DNA of 64,000 bases from Deltaproteobacteria bacterium (GTDB lineage Bacteria; Desulfobacterota_D; UBA1144; Nemesobacterales; CSP1-2): positions 32,001 to 96,000 of the forward strand of contig JBQTHB010000006.1 of the NCBI GenBank assembly GCA_052390235.1, read 5' to 3'. A model generated the notes under the pieces. The model had not been told where the DNA came from and did not search any database. It saw only the letters and a program-made list of their open reading frames with translations. Every line of letters begins with the position of its first letter. Position 1 is the stretch's first letter. Shown here piece by piece: positions 29,462 to 39,297 of the stretch. The position numbers and the translations under genes were made by a program.

Positions 29462-31273
29462 ATGAAAAGGAGTTTTAACGCGATGCTTGAGCTTTTAGGG
29501 GACTGGAAACGGACGGATTACTGTGGCAACCTCGGCGCAAAAGACCTAGGGCAGGAGGTCATTATCATGGGCTGGGTGCAGTCCAAAAGAGACCACGGAG
29601 GACTCATATTCGTTGACCTCAGAGACCGGGAAGGGATAGTTCAGGTCGTCATGAACCCTGAAACCTCCCATGAATCCCACGAGAAGGCATCGCTCATCAA
29701 AGATGAATGGATTATCGCGGTCAGCGGGAAAGTCGCGCATCGCCCCGCCGAGACGCTAAATGCGAACATCAAAACGGGCGAAATCGAGATTGTCGCCTCC
29801 GCGCTTCGGATTCTCAATACCTCTCGCCCCCTGCCATTCCCCATAGAGAACGGCGTCAAAGTGGACGAACTGCTGAAACTGCGCTACAGATTTTTGGATT
29901 TGCGCCGCCCCGAGATGAGAGAGAACATCCTCATGAGGCACAAAATCGCCATGACTTCGAGAACCTACCTAAACCACGAGGGCTTTGTCGAGATTGAAAC
30001 GCCCTATCTCACGCGCTCGACGCCGGAGGGCGCAAGGGATTTCCTCGTCCCCAGCAGGCTCAACCCGGGGGAGTTCTACGCCCTACCCCAGTCGCCCCAG
30101 CTCCTCAAGCAGACGCTCATGATTTCGGGCTTCGACCGCTACTATCAAATCGTGCGCTGTTTTAGGGACGAGGACCTGCGCGCAGACCGCCAGCCGGAGT
30201 TCACGCAAATTGATTTGGAGATGGCATTCGTGGGCGAGGATGAGGTTATGGGGATTGTAGAGGGGATGCTCCGGGAAATATTCAGAACCGCGCTCGGACT
30301 CGAAATTGAGACCCCGTTTCCGAGGATGGGCTATGACGAGGCGATGCTCCGCTACGGCAACGACAAGCCTGACCTGAGATTCGCCCTAGAACTTGAGGAC
30401 ATTACCGCCATATTTAAGAACTCCGCCTTTAAAGTGTTCGCCGAAGCCGTAGGGCGCGGGGGCATCGTCAAGGCACTGAACCTAAAGGGCAGGGCTGGGG
30501 AACTTTCCCGCAGAGAGATTGACGATTTGACGGAATACGCCAAGACGCTCGGCGCAAAGGGGCTTGCGTGGATAAGAGTAATAGACGGCGAGTGGCAGTC
30601 GCCGATAACGAAATTTCTAGGCGAGGCGGAGAAGGCGGAAATGACCGAAGCGCTCGGAATCGAGACGGGCGATATAATATTTTTTGCCGCCGACTCCCCA
30701 TATACCGTAAACCTCGTGCTGTCGAATCTGAGACTGCGCCTCGGCGATAGGTTCGATATGATTGACCGGAGCAAATTCGCCCTCCTGTGGGTCGTGGATT
30801 TCCCGCTCCTCGATTTTGACAGCGCCGAGAACAGATACATCGCGATGCACCACCCGTTTACATCCCCAAAAGAAGAGGACTTAGAGCTTTTGGATTCGGC
30901 CCCCGAAAAGGCGAGAGCCAGGGCTTACGACGTAGTGCTGAACGGGGTTGAAATCGGCGGGGGAAGCGTGAGAATCCACAGAAGCGACATTCAGCAAAAG
31001 CTCTTTAGCATCATCGGACTCGGCGCGGAGCAGGCGCGCGGGAAATTCGGATTCCTGCTCGATGCGCTGGAGTTTGGCGCGCCCCCTCACGGAGGAGTGG
31101 CCCTTGGGCTTGACAGACTCGTGATGCTCCTAGCCGGGGCATCGTCAATTCGGGACGTTATAGCGTTTCCAAAGACCCAAAAAGGGGGATGCCCGCTCAC
31201 CGAAGCCCCATCGGCGGTTGACCTCAAACAGCTACTTGAACTACGAATCAAGCCCGATGCGAAGGAGAAGTAG
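29462..31273 (+). CDS. aspS: Aspartate--tRNA ligase
   Basis: [51 protein letters not shown]. Confidence 0.97.
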   Translation: MKRSFNAMLELLGDWKRTDYCGNLGAKDLGQEVIIMGWVQSKRDHGGLIFVDLRDREGIVQVVMNPETSHESHEKASLIKDEWIIAVSGKVAHRPAETLNANIKTGEIEIVASALRILNTSRPLPFPIENGVKVDELLKLRYRFLDLRRPEMRENILMRHKIAMTSRTYLNHEGFVEIETPYLTRSTPEGARDFLVPSRLNPGEFYALPQSPQLLKQTLMISGFDRYYQIVRCFRDEDLRADRQPEFTQIDLEMAFVGEDEVMGIVEGMLREIFRTALGLEIETPFPRMGYDEAMLRYGNDKPDLRFALELEDITAIFKNSAFKVFAEAVGRGGIVKALNLKGRAGELSRREIDDLTEYAKTLGAKGLAWIRVIDGEWQSPITKFLGEAEKAEMTEALGIETGDIIFFAADSPYTVNLVLSNLRLRLGDRFDMIDRSKFALLWVVDFPLLDFDSAENRYIAMHHPFTSPKEEDLELLDSAPEKARARAYDVVLNGVEIGGGSVRIHRSDIQQKLFSIIGLGAEQARGKFGFLLDALEFGAPPHGGVALGLDRLVMLLAGASSIRDVIAFPKTQKGGCPLTEAPSAVDLKQLLELRIKPDAKEK

Positions 31274-31316
31274 TCCGAATGTTATACCCGCGCGGGAATC
31301 CACAAGCCGGGTTGCA

Positions 31317-32309
31317 TCATGCCTCGCGCTCTTTTGTGAGCCGGCTTAGTAGCGGCAAATCGGCGGCGGCGGAGGTTTTCTTCGGCGCGCGCTCTCTGGG
31401 TTTAGAATTTTTCTTGGCAACGATAGCCGTGTGGTCAATGCCCTCGATAAGCTCTGGGATAATATAGCTTTGTGAGAGCGTCTCCCAGTCAACATCCCGC
31501 AGAGTTATCACTTCACCGAGGAAAAAACTTACCCAAATATCGCCTATTTTGGATATTGGCTCCTCCTGCCGCAATTTACCCTCGGATATTTCGGCGTACT
31601 CTCCGTCCAGCTCAAAGCATATAAAATTTCGCCCCAAGCGTTTAGCCGCGAGCGCCGTCGTCCCCGTTCCCGAAAATGGATCCAGCACAATGTCGCCTTC
31701 GTCGCTGGACATAAGAATCACGCGCTCAAGAAGATGAATGGGAAGCTGACAGGGATGGTCGTCGCGGTATTTATTGTGTTTTACGCGGTGAATATCTGTC
31801 CAAACATCGGAGAGCAGGGGGCCAAATGGGTGCAACATCCCCTTTTTGCCGCCGTAGTCTTTATGAAGATAACCACATTTGCGGCACCGCTTATGCGGAT
31901 AACGAATTTCATAAAATTTATGATGTTTCGGCTCTTTGGCGTAGAACAGAATACCGTAGTGAGAGGGCTGTAAGGATTTTCCCATCGGCGACGTTGGCGC
32001 GTCCCATGAAATCCAATGCTTAAAATGAGCAATCTTATTTAGAGCGGCTGTGTAATAAGTTAGCCATTTAGGAATGTTATGTAGGAAAATAGAACCTGTT
32101 GGCTTCGTGACGCGCACCATTTCTCCAACCCACAGCTCGCACCAGTCAAGATATTCTTGAAGCGCGAGACTATCCTTTGTGCTGTTGTACTTCTTCTTCA
32201 GATTAAAGGGCGGGTCGGCAAAGGTAACGTCAATACTATTGTCGGGGATGTCGCGCAACAGCGTCAGGCAATCGCCTTGTGTAATCCTGTTCAAATATTT
32301 TTCAAGCAT
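31317..32309 (-). CDS. Beta-class DNA methyltransferase, M.BamHI-like (probably N4-cytosine)
   Basis: FADPPFN, NIPKW, CRKCG...KDYGG, LSDVWTDI, LDPFSGTGTT; start ATG 32309 overlapping upstream stop. Confidence 0.88.
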   Translation of the reverse strand: MLEKYLNRITQGDCLTLLRDIPDNSIDVTFADPPFNLKKKYNSTKDSLALQEYLDWCELWVGEMVRVTKPTGSIFLHNIPKWLTYYTAALNKIAHFKHWISWDAPTSPMGKSLQPSHYGILFYAKEPKHHKFYEIRYPHKRCRKCGYLHKDYGGKKGMLHPFGPLLSDVWTDIHRVKHNKYRDDHPCQLPIHLLERVILMSSDEGDIVLDPFSGTGTTALAAKRLGRNFICFELDGEYAEISEGKLRQEEPISKIGDIWVSFFLGEVITLRDVDWETLSQSYIIPELIEGIDHTAIVAKKNSKPRERAPKKTSAAADLPLLSRLTKEREA

Positions 32310-33288
32310 TTTTCCCAAACTCCGCCCGCAACAAATTTTCAAAGCGAGCCAACTCGTCTTTGTGGAATGTGAATACGTCTTGGTAAGCGGCGACCATGCG
32401 CTTGAGGTCTTCTTTACGAACATACCAACCGATACCATCTATAAACCCGATGAACTTTGCTTTTGGATAATGCCGTTTGATAAGTTGCCGAACAGAAATT
32501 TCGGTTTTTGACTTATCGCCTTGACCCGACGAGGTTGTTACCAGAAACGAACTTTCAGCGATGATGCGCGGATTCTCTTTGTTTGGGATGATAAAGTCCA
32601 TTGTCCGCTTTGTATCTGGCGCATACGTTAACAACTCGCCCAAGTCGCCTGTCTCGTACGTTAAGCCCAGGCGCTCTAACAAATCAGCTACAACGGTTTC
32701 GGGATTATTTTTCTTTTGCCCCGAATACGAGCCTTTCTCTTTGTACCGCACCAACGTATCAATCATTCATTGCGGAAATATCAAATTTCAATTTCGAGAT
32801 GCTCAACTTCTTCAACTCAAAAAGCGGAATGGCGCTTGCAAGAAAGGGCAGGGTCGCGCCTTCAAAGAATATATTGACGATGCCCGCTCTGAAATGCTCG
32901 TTATCGCTAAGTCTCCGCGCAATCGTAGCGTCTGACCATTCCTTGATATTTTCCAAATCTTCGGGCTGATGCCACTTCTCTTTGAGCGATAGCCTTGCCA
33001 AAGGGCGATTGTCCACGACTCGAATCAGTGTTATCAGGCGTTTCAAAGATTCGTTTGAGAAGCCAGTCAGCGCGAGTAGGGTGGTCAACCCGTTTTCATT
33101 CTCGGCAAGAAGTCGCTCGAAAATCTCCTTCTTTAACCCCTTCGTCTCAACTTCGTTTTTGAGGACAAGCAGACTTTCTCGGACTGAGTTTAAATAGCCT
33201 TCATATTTCTCTTCAAACGTCGGTTGAAGAAATAGAAGGTGTTCTTCTCGATGACTGTTCTGAATTTCTTGTCTGTGGTTTTCATCAT
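32302..33288 (-). pseudogene. DpnII-like type II restriction endonuclease with two frameshifts
   Basis: MKTTDKKFRTVIEKNTFYFFN, shift near 33222, TFEEKYEGYLN...KFDISAM, 4-bp ATGA duplication near 32765, IDTLVRYKEKG...MDFIIP...IIAESS...GQGDKSKTE...GFIDGIGW. Confidence 0.8.
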
Positions 33289-33348
33289 TTTCAATTTTAA
33301 TTCTACACCAAAAGGGGCGGAGAATTAATCGGCGGCAGAGGGAGAATC

Positions 33349-34695
33349 TCAGCGGGCTTCTAAGTCCTTCGCCGAAGCTGGGATGAGCGCGAGTATGCGG
33401 TCGCTTACCCTGTAAATCACCCTTCTGCCCTGAATCATGACAAAAACTTTTTCATCCCGCCTAGCCCCGAAAAGGAGCGTCGTCCGTTTATCGCCCGCTT
33501 CGGCGACGGTAATATGAATCTGCGGCTCGTCGAGTCCAAATGGGGATAAATCCTTTGGCAACTCGGATAAGTACCCCTCGCCGTAGAGATTTTCCATCTC
33601 CTCGAGGAGTTCGAGAATTTTCAGCCTCGATGGTCTGGAATCCGCCCTGCCGGAGGGGAATTTCCAGTCACTGCCCTCTTTGATGAGCGCGATAGTCTCG
33701 CCTCCGGTCTTAATCTCCAGCCCCTGAACAGAGCTTGAAATCAGCTCAAGTAGCCGCTTTAGAGTAAAATCGTCTAAGCCGTCCGGGATTTCATAATAAA
33801 CCGCATCAGATACCCTATAGACTGCGCCGCTTCCGGCGAGTTTCATGTAGTATCCGCCGCTCTCAGCCCGCCCGCCAAATAGGATGCGCACTGATTTTTC
33901 ATCCTCGAATATCTCAATCTCCGTCGAGGGTTTATCGAGTCCGTAAGACGAAAGCGGTTTTTGCTCCGAGAAATCCAAAACCTCCAGATTTGCGAGCGTC
34001 TTAATGAATCCCGCGACCCGGACTCCGTCAATAACCACCCCCTCAGGGGCATCGGCGGCAGTCCATGAATCCGCCACGCGCTCAAGCACAAACGAGGGAT
34101 ATTGGGACGGCATCACGCGGATTTTGCCGATTTTCGCCTCGTTGAGCGACAGAGGGCGCTTGCTCCTAAGTTGCGGCACAGAGACGGCGAGGAGTTTCTC
34201 AACCGAAGCCGAAGGAGCGATGAGAGTCCTCACGTCGCCCCCGTCTTTGACATACACCCCAGAGGTTACGGGGCTTTGAATTCCCACTAGGAGCGAGTAT
34301 TCGGCGGCGGCGGTTTTAATTGAGACCTCAAGCCTCGGCGAGTCAAGCCCGTAAAGGGGCAGGTCGGCGGGATTCTCAGATGCGATTTTCGAGATTTCGA
34401 TATTCAGCGCTTCGGCGGCAAGGGCGAGGACGACGCCTGAGTCGGCTCTGAAACCGCCATCTTCTGAATAGACTAGCCAGACTCCACCCTCTTTTCGGCA
34501 CTCTATCGAGCGGGCGGGGAATCGAAATTCAACCCCGATGATGTCCTGCGGCGCTACATCGGCAAATACGCGCTCCGGCGGACGGGACGGACTATCAGCC
34601 CCTCGCATCTCAAATAAGTAGATATAAGCTCCAAGCCCTATCAGGATGAGAGCGGCGGCGGCGGTAACCTTGAATTTCGCGATATAGTTTCTCAT
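33349..34695 (-). CDS. DUF4340 repeat protein (ABC-associated, membrane anchored)
   Basis: N-terminal TM; three repeats with (Y/F)GLDxP; follows GldG-like gene; start uncertain (34695 or 34761). Confidence 0.8.
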   Translation of the reverse strand: MRNYIAKFKVTAAAALILIGLGAYIYLFEMRGADSPSRPPERVFADVAPQDIIGVEFRFPARSIECRKEGGVWLVYSEDGGFRADSGVVLALAAEALNIEISKIASENPADLPLYGLDSPRLEVSIKTAAAEYSLLVGIQSPVTSGVYVKDGGDVRTLIAPSASVEKLLAVSVPQLRSKRPLSLNEAKIGKIRVMPSQYPSFVLERVADSWTAADAPEGVVIDGVRVAGFIKTLANLEVLDFSEQKPLSSYGLDKPSTEIEIFEDEKSVRILFGGRAESGGYYMKLAGSGAVYRVSDAVYYEIPDGLDDFTLKRLLELISSSVQGLEIKTGGETIALIKEGSDWKFPSGRADSRPSRLKILELLEEMENLYGEGYLSELPKDLSPFGLDEPQIHITVAEAGDKRTTLLFGARRDEKVFVMIQGRRVIYRVSDRILALIPASAKDLEAR

Positions 34696-34829
34696 AACAT
34701 TTAGCCAATTACGGCGATTCCAAGCGGCGGGGGCGGTGTTTATCGGCGGAACAGATGCCATCCATCAGCTTGGCTCAGTGATGAATCTACTTGCTCTCGA
34801 TGGCGAGCCGAGCCGGAATCGCGGCGGAT

Positions 34830-36206
34830 TTACATATTTTTTCTCTTCCACCACCTGACTGTGCCAAAGAAAAGCGCCAGCGCCGGAAAAACAACGAGCG
34901 TGAAAGTGAATATGAGCTTCATCTGACTTTCCGTCATCGAGAGCGTAGCCCCGCCCGCGCTCTTCGGTCTAATCGAGATTAAATGCTCATCGCCCAATAC
35001 CCAGTTGACGGCGTTGAGAAAGAAATCCCCGTTGCCCGAAAACGTGAAAAACCTGTTCGAGCCAAAGTCAACGCTCCCGAAAGCGGCGATACGCGCGCCC
35101 CTGCCGACCTCGCTCACGGCAAATACACCCAGGGGCCCCGCCTTGTCCGTAGGGTCGTTCTGGGCAATTCCCTGCTCGAAGAGCGTGAAATCCCTCTCAG
35201 CCCAGCTGTATTCGCTGGTGGCGGCAACAACGGCGGCCCTTATACCCTCGCCCGCCGACAGGGCTTCTAGGCTTCTGGTGTAAGGGTAAATCGTCGCAAA
35301 GTGGAAACCGTCCGAGATGTCGTGCGGCGCGTAATCGGCGACTATCGGGGTAATATCCCCTCCGCCTACGAGCTTTGACGAGGGGTCAATCACTACGTCG
35401 TCGCCAAAACCGATTCCGTAGCGCTTCAGAAGCACGGCTAAATCCTCGGACGAGCGGGGTTCTATCATAAACACCGCTTTGCCGCCGTCGCGGATGTATT
35501 TTTTTATGATTTCAATCTCTCTGTCGGCTAGAGGTTTTTTCGCTCCCGCTATGATGAGAACCGAATCCTTGGGGGGGATTTTTGCGTCTCGCAGGAGTAA
35601 TAGCTCTTTGACTTGATACGCCTCGTCCCTGAGGGCGGCGGCGAGGAGTCCGAACCCTTCGGGCTTGGTTTTATCGCCGATGTCGCGCTCGCCGTGTCCG
35701 CCGAGGAAATGTACGGTTTTTCTAATATCGCTTGAGAGCCTTATGAGGGCGTTGGTGAGTTGCTCCTCGCAGTCCTCGACGATTCCGCCTGAGATGAGGT
35801 CTGAGAGGTTGAGCCTCGCGGTTCGGTCTCCTTTGAGAAGCACCACCGTGCCGTATTCGCTGACGCCGTATTTTCTGGAAATCCCCGGCTCTTTATCGGG
35901 GTCTATGAATTTCACTTCGAGCATCTGGGATTTATTTTCGTACTGCTGGGCGAGGTCTTGAAATTCCCTTCTGTCAACGCCAACCTGCTTAAAGAACGCT
36001 AAAATCTCGATTTTATCCTGCAGCGAGCCCAGAACCCTCACCGTCTGATTGGACAGCGAATGGATTTTCCCCCGCGTAACGTCGAGCCTGACCCCCTCGC
36101 CCCGCTTAAAGGCGACGTAGTTGACGGCGGCGATAATTCCGAGGATGACCACTGTAAAGATAAAGGCGTTAGCCCCGTAAATTACAGAACGCCTCCCGCG
36201 CTTCAT
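34830..36206 (-). CDS. GldG-like ABC transporter auxiliary component
   Basis: DVTRGKIHSLS, FLGGHGE, GNGDFFLNAVNW...ISIRPK, C-terminal TM; ATGA overlap with permease. Confidence 0.87.
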   Translation of the reverse strand: MKRGRRSVIYGANAFIFTVVILGIIAAVNYVAFKRGEGVRLDVTRGKIHSLSNQTVRVLGSLQDKIEILAFFKQVGVDRREFQDLAQQYENKSQMLEVKFIDPDKEPGISRKYGVSEYGTVVLLKGDRTARLNLSDLISGGIVEDCEEQLTNALIRLSSDIRKTVHFLGGHGERDIGDKTKPEGFGLLAAALRDEAYQVKELLLLRDAKIPPKDSVLIIAGAKKPLADREIEIIKKYIRDGGKAVFMIEPRSSEDLAVLLKRYGIGFGDDVVIDPSSKLVGGGDITPIVADYAPHDISDGFHFATIYPYTRSLEALSAGEGIRAAVVAATSEYSWAERDFTLFEQGIAQNDPTDKAGPLGVFAVSEVGRGARIAAFGSVDFGSNRFFTFSGNGDFFLNAVNWVLGDEHLISIRPKSAGGATLSMTESQMKLIFTFTLVVFPALALFFGTVRWWKRKNM

Positions 36207-36955
36207 CTCCACCTCTCGGAGTCCAGCACTATGTGGGTGAGAAAAAGCCCCAGAAATATAAACGAGACGTAGTAGAGAACGTCTTTTAGCCCAATCACCC
36301 CTTTGGAAAAATTCTCAAAGTGATTGATTATGGAGAGGTATCCAAGCACAGAACCACCGGCATCCGAAGAGGCTCCTATAATCCAGAATACGAGCAAGAT
36401 TCCGAATGAAATCACCGCGGCAATTATCTGGCTGTCCGTAAGAGCGGAAGCAAAAAGCCCGACCGAGAGGAATGTTCCCCCTAGGAGAAAAAGCCCCAGA
36501 TAACCGGACGCAATCTGCCCCAAGTCGGGATTTCCATACGCGACGAGAACCCCCACATAGACGAGCGAGGAGACCATCATAAGAGAGAATAGGATAAAGG
36601 CGGCGAGGAATTTGCCCATTAGTATATGCAGTACCCTGATGGGCGCGGTAAACAGAAGCTCCGCCGTAGAGTTGCGGCGCTCCTCGGCAAGCAGGCGCAT
36701 CGTAATGAGCGGCATCATTAGCAGAAGCACGACGCTTATCGTGCCGAAATACGGGCGCACGACGAATTCATTGAGATTCATACTGTCTTTGAGCAGTTGA
36801 AACCTCGGGTCAAACTGAGACTCGGCAAACCCCTGAAGATAGATGAAAAAAAATATCCCAGACAAAATCAGAAACACAAACAGCACAATATACGCCACAA
36901 GCGACGAGAAATAGGATTTCATCTCCTTTGCCACTATAGCCCAAATCACTCTCAT
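36203..36955 (-). CDS. ABC transporter permease (GldF-like)
   Basis: KEMKSYFSS, PLITMRLLAEERR, ELLFTAP, multiple TM. Confidence 0.9.
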   Translation of the reverse strand: MRVIWAIVAKEMKSYFSSLVAYIVLFVFLILSGIFFFIYLQGFAESQFDPRFQLLKDSMNLNEFVVRPYFGTISVVLLLMMPLITMRLLAEERRNSTAELLFTAPIRVLHILMGKFLAAFILFSLMMVSSLVYVGVLVAYGNPDLGQIASGYLGLFLLGGTFLSVGLFASALTDSQIIAAVISFGILLVFWIIGASSDAGGSVLGYLSIINHFENFSKGVIGLKDVLYYVSFIFLGLFLTHIVLDSERWR

Positions 36956-37884
36956 ACGCGCTTGCCCTCGGTTGAAATTACCCGCAGAAAAACCTGCTCC
37001 AGCGTGTGCGTAAGCGGACGCATCTCAAGCAGTCCCCAATTGCTCTGAACGGCGAGCCTTGAGAGCTCGTCCCTCACGTCCTGCCCTTCCTTGGGGCGCA
37101 CTAAAAACTCCCCAGGCGCGCTTTCGCTAACGTCCAGCACCCCGGCAATTGAGATTATTCTCTCTGCAATCCGCTCGGATGGACTGCCAATTTTAAGAAA
37201 TAGATCCTCTCCCCCCCGAACCTTGTCCGAAATCCCGTGAATCGTCTCCTCAAGCACTATTCTGCCCTCGTTAATAATGACCACCCTCGAACAGGTCATC
37301 GTAACCTCTGGCAGAACGTGAGTGCTGAGAACAACCGTCCGCTCGCCGGCGAGGCTCTTTATCAACTCGCGAATTTCGATTATCTGCTTCGGGTCAAGCC
37401 CTACGGTAGGCTCGTCAAGCACCAGAATCTCCGGGTCATGAATGAGAGCCTGAGCGATTCCGATGCGCTGGCGGTAACCCTTGGACATATTCCCAATGAG
37501 CCGCCCCCTGACCTCTGCAATCGCGCAGATGTCCATGGCATAGATGATTCTGTCTTTTTTCTTGGACTTCGGCACGCCTCTTATATCCGCCACAAAGCCC
37601 AGATAGTCTCTTATGGTCATATCGAAGTACAGGGGCGGGTTTTCGGGCAGGTAGCCGATTTTGCTCTTCGCCTCAATGGGGTTTTCGAGAATATCTAAAT
37701 CGGCAATTGTTACCGTGCCGTCGGTAGGGGGCATATAGCCCGTGATAATGCGCATTGTGGTGGTTTTTCCTGCCCCGTTCGGCCCTAGAAAGCCGAGCAC
37801 TTCTCCCCGGTTGACCTGAAAGGAAACGTCATCGAGCGCGACTAAATCCCCGTACTTTTTTGATATATTCTGGACTTTGAGCAT
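36952..37884 (-). CDS. ABC transporter ATP-binding protein (GldA-like)
   Basis: GPNGAGKTT, MSKGYRQR, LDEPTVGLDP, STH. Confidence 0.93.
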   Translation of the reverse strand: MLKVQNISKKYGDLVALDDVSFQVNRGEVLGFLGPNGAGKTTTMRIITGYMPPTDGTVTIADLDILENPIEAKSKIGYLPENPPLYFDMTIRDYLGFVADIRGVPKSKKKDRIIYAMDICAIAEVRGRLIGNMSKGYRQRIGIAQALIHDPEILVLDEPTVGLDPKQIIEIRELIKSLAGERTVVLSTHVLPEVTMTCSRVVIINEGRIVLEETIHGISDKVRGGEDLFLKIGSPSERIAERIISIAGVLDVSESAPGEFLVRPKEGQDVRDELSRLAVQSNWGLLEMRPLTHTLEQVFLRVISTEGKRV

Positions 37885-38034
37885 GGTTATAGGAAAATTC
37901 AGGACGAAACTCAATTAAAAAACTAATTAAACGAGTACCGATGTCAAGTATAAATTGAAATTGGATGCCGCAGGCGAGTTGCTCAGGCGTAGTTGACAGC
38001 AATCCAGCGCAATATTTTTTATTTCCAATAAAGG

Positions 38035-38063
38035 TTGACAATTCGAAACATCGGCAGTAGTAT
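38035..38063 (+). promoter_or_regulatory. Sigma-70 promoter of csp gene
   Basis: TTGACA-17-TAGTAT, then RBS AAGGAGG. Confidence 0.7.
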
Positions 38064-38099
38064 CATTATCCAAAGTATTTCAAGGAGGCTATTTATTTA

Positions 38100-38309
38100 A
38101 TGCGGGGAAAAGTGAAATGGTTTAATGGTTCGAAGGGGTTCGGCTTTATTGAGTCCCAGGAGTTAGGGAAGGACGTATTTGTTCACTACAGCGTCATTGA
38201 GGAAAAGGGTTATAAAAACCTCAATGAGGGCGAAGAAGTAGAGTTCGAGGTAAAAGAAGGTCCTAAAGGCCCGCAAGCTACCAGAGTTACGCGAGTACAG
38301 GCGGCTTAA
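38100..38309 (+). CDS. Cold-shock domain protein
   Basis: GKVKWFN, KGFGFI (RNP1), DVFVHYS (RNP2), GPKGPQA. Confidence 0.96.
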   Translation: MRGKVKWFNGSKGFGFIESQELGKDVFVHYSVIEEKGYKNLNEGEEVEFEVKEGPKGPQATRVTRVQAA

Positions 38310-38384
38310 CACTTTCCAAACAACTCGGAAATTCGGAAATACCCACTTGACACCCTAACCTATTATCCGAATATTTAGATTAGG

Positions 38385-39146
38385 TTGATAACAAGAAGGC
38401 TTTTTGCAAAAATGGCAATATCGGGAGGGATGGGCATAGCGTCCATTCCTCTCTTAGCCTTAGGCTCTCCGTCGGATTTTGTGTTCTGCCAGGTTTCGTA
38501 CAATGGAAACTGGAATCCGCGCCCAAGGGCTTTTAGAAGGCTTCTGGTATCCGTTGAGCTTCGCACAAGCGTGGGGGCTTCGTTCGAGAGAAAAACCCTG
38601 AGCATCTCCGACCCCAATCTATTCAATTACCCATTTCTATATCTTGCCGGCGACGGCGACTTTGCTCCTTTTTCTGAGGAAGAGGCGGCGAGGCTTAGGA
38701 AATTTATAAGGCTCGGCGGGGGCGTTTTAATAGACGACGCATCTGGCAGGGAGGATTCTGCTTTTGATTCCCGAATCCGCGAGGAATTCAGCCGCATATT
38801 GCCCGAAACCCCATTTAGCCGCATAAGTGACGACAGCGTAATCTATAAGTCGTTTTACCTGCTGAATTCCGCGGCGGGAAGAAAGATTGTGAGACCCCAC
38901 CTTGAGGGAATTTCATTTACGGACGAAGACAGGATTCCGGTGATTTACTCGAGAAACGATATGGGTGGGGCGTGGTCTGAGGATGAACTGGGAAAATGGG
39001 AATTCGAGTGCGTTCCGGGGGGAGAGTATCAACGGGAGAGCGCGTTCAGGCTCGGAATCAATATAGTTATCTACGCCCTCACAGGAAATTACAAAAAAGA
39101 CCAGATTCACAGCCCCTTCATCAAGCGCCGCGAGATGAGCTTATAG
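38385..39146 (+). CDS. DUF4159 domain protein with twin-arginine-like signal
   Basis: TRRLF signal; YPFLYL, LRKFIRLGGGVLIDD, NDMGGAW, AFRLGINIVIYALTGNYKKDQ. Confidence 0.82.
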   Translation: MITRRLFAKMAISGGMGIASIPLLALGSPSDFVFCQVSYNGNWNPRPRAFRRLLVSVELRTSVGASFERKTLSISDPNLFNYPFLYLAGDGDFAPFSEEEAARLRKFIRLGGGVLIDDASGREDSAFDSRIREEFSRILPETPFSRISDDSVIYKSFYLLNSAAGRKIVRPHLEGISFTDEDRIPVIYSRNDMGGAWSEDELGKWEFECVPGGEYQRESAFRLGINIVIYALTGNYKKDQIHSPFIKRREMSL

Positions 39147-39297
39147 ACGCGCTGCGCCGCTTCAATACTGCATTCAGCATCACGGCGAATCCCGAATCCG
39201 CTTGCGGTATTCTAAATTTGAAAACGGCGCGGTTTTGTATTAATTTTATTTGCTAAAATTTTACAAATAAATCCTAAAGAAGGAAGGTAACACCCAA

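Noticed and set aside
32310..32438. N-terminal extension of the MTase ORF
   Set aside because: Overlaps the nuclease 3' end; homology starts at ATG 32309
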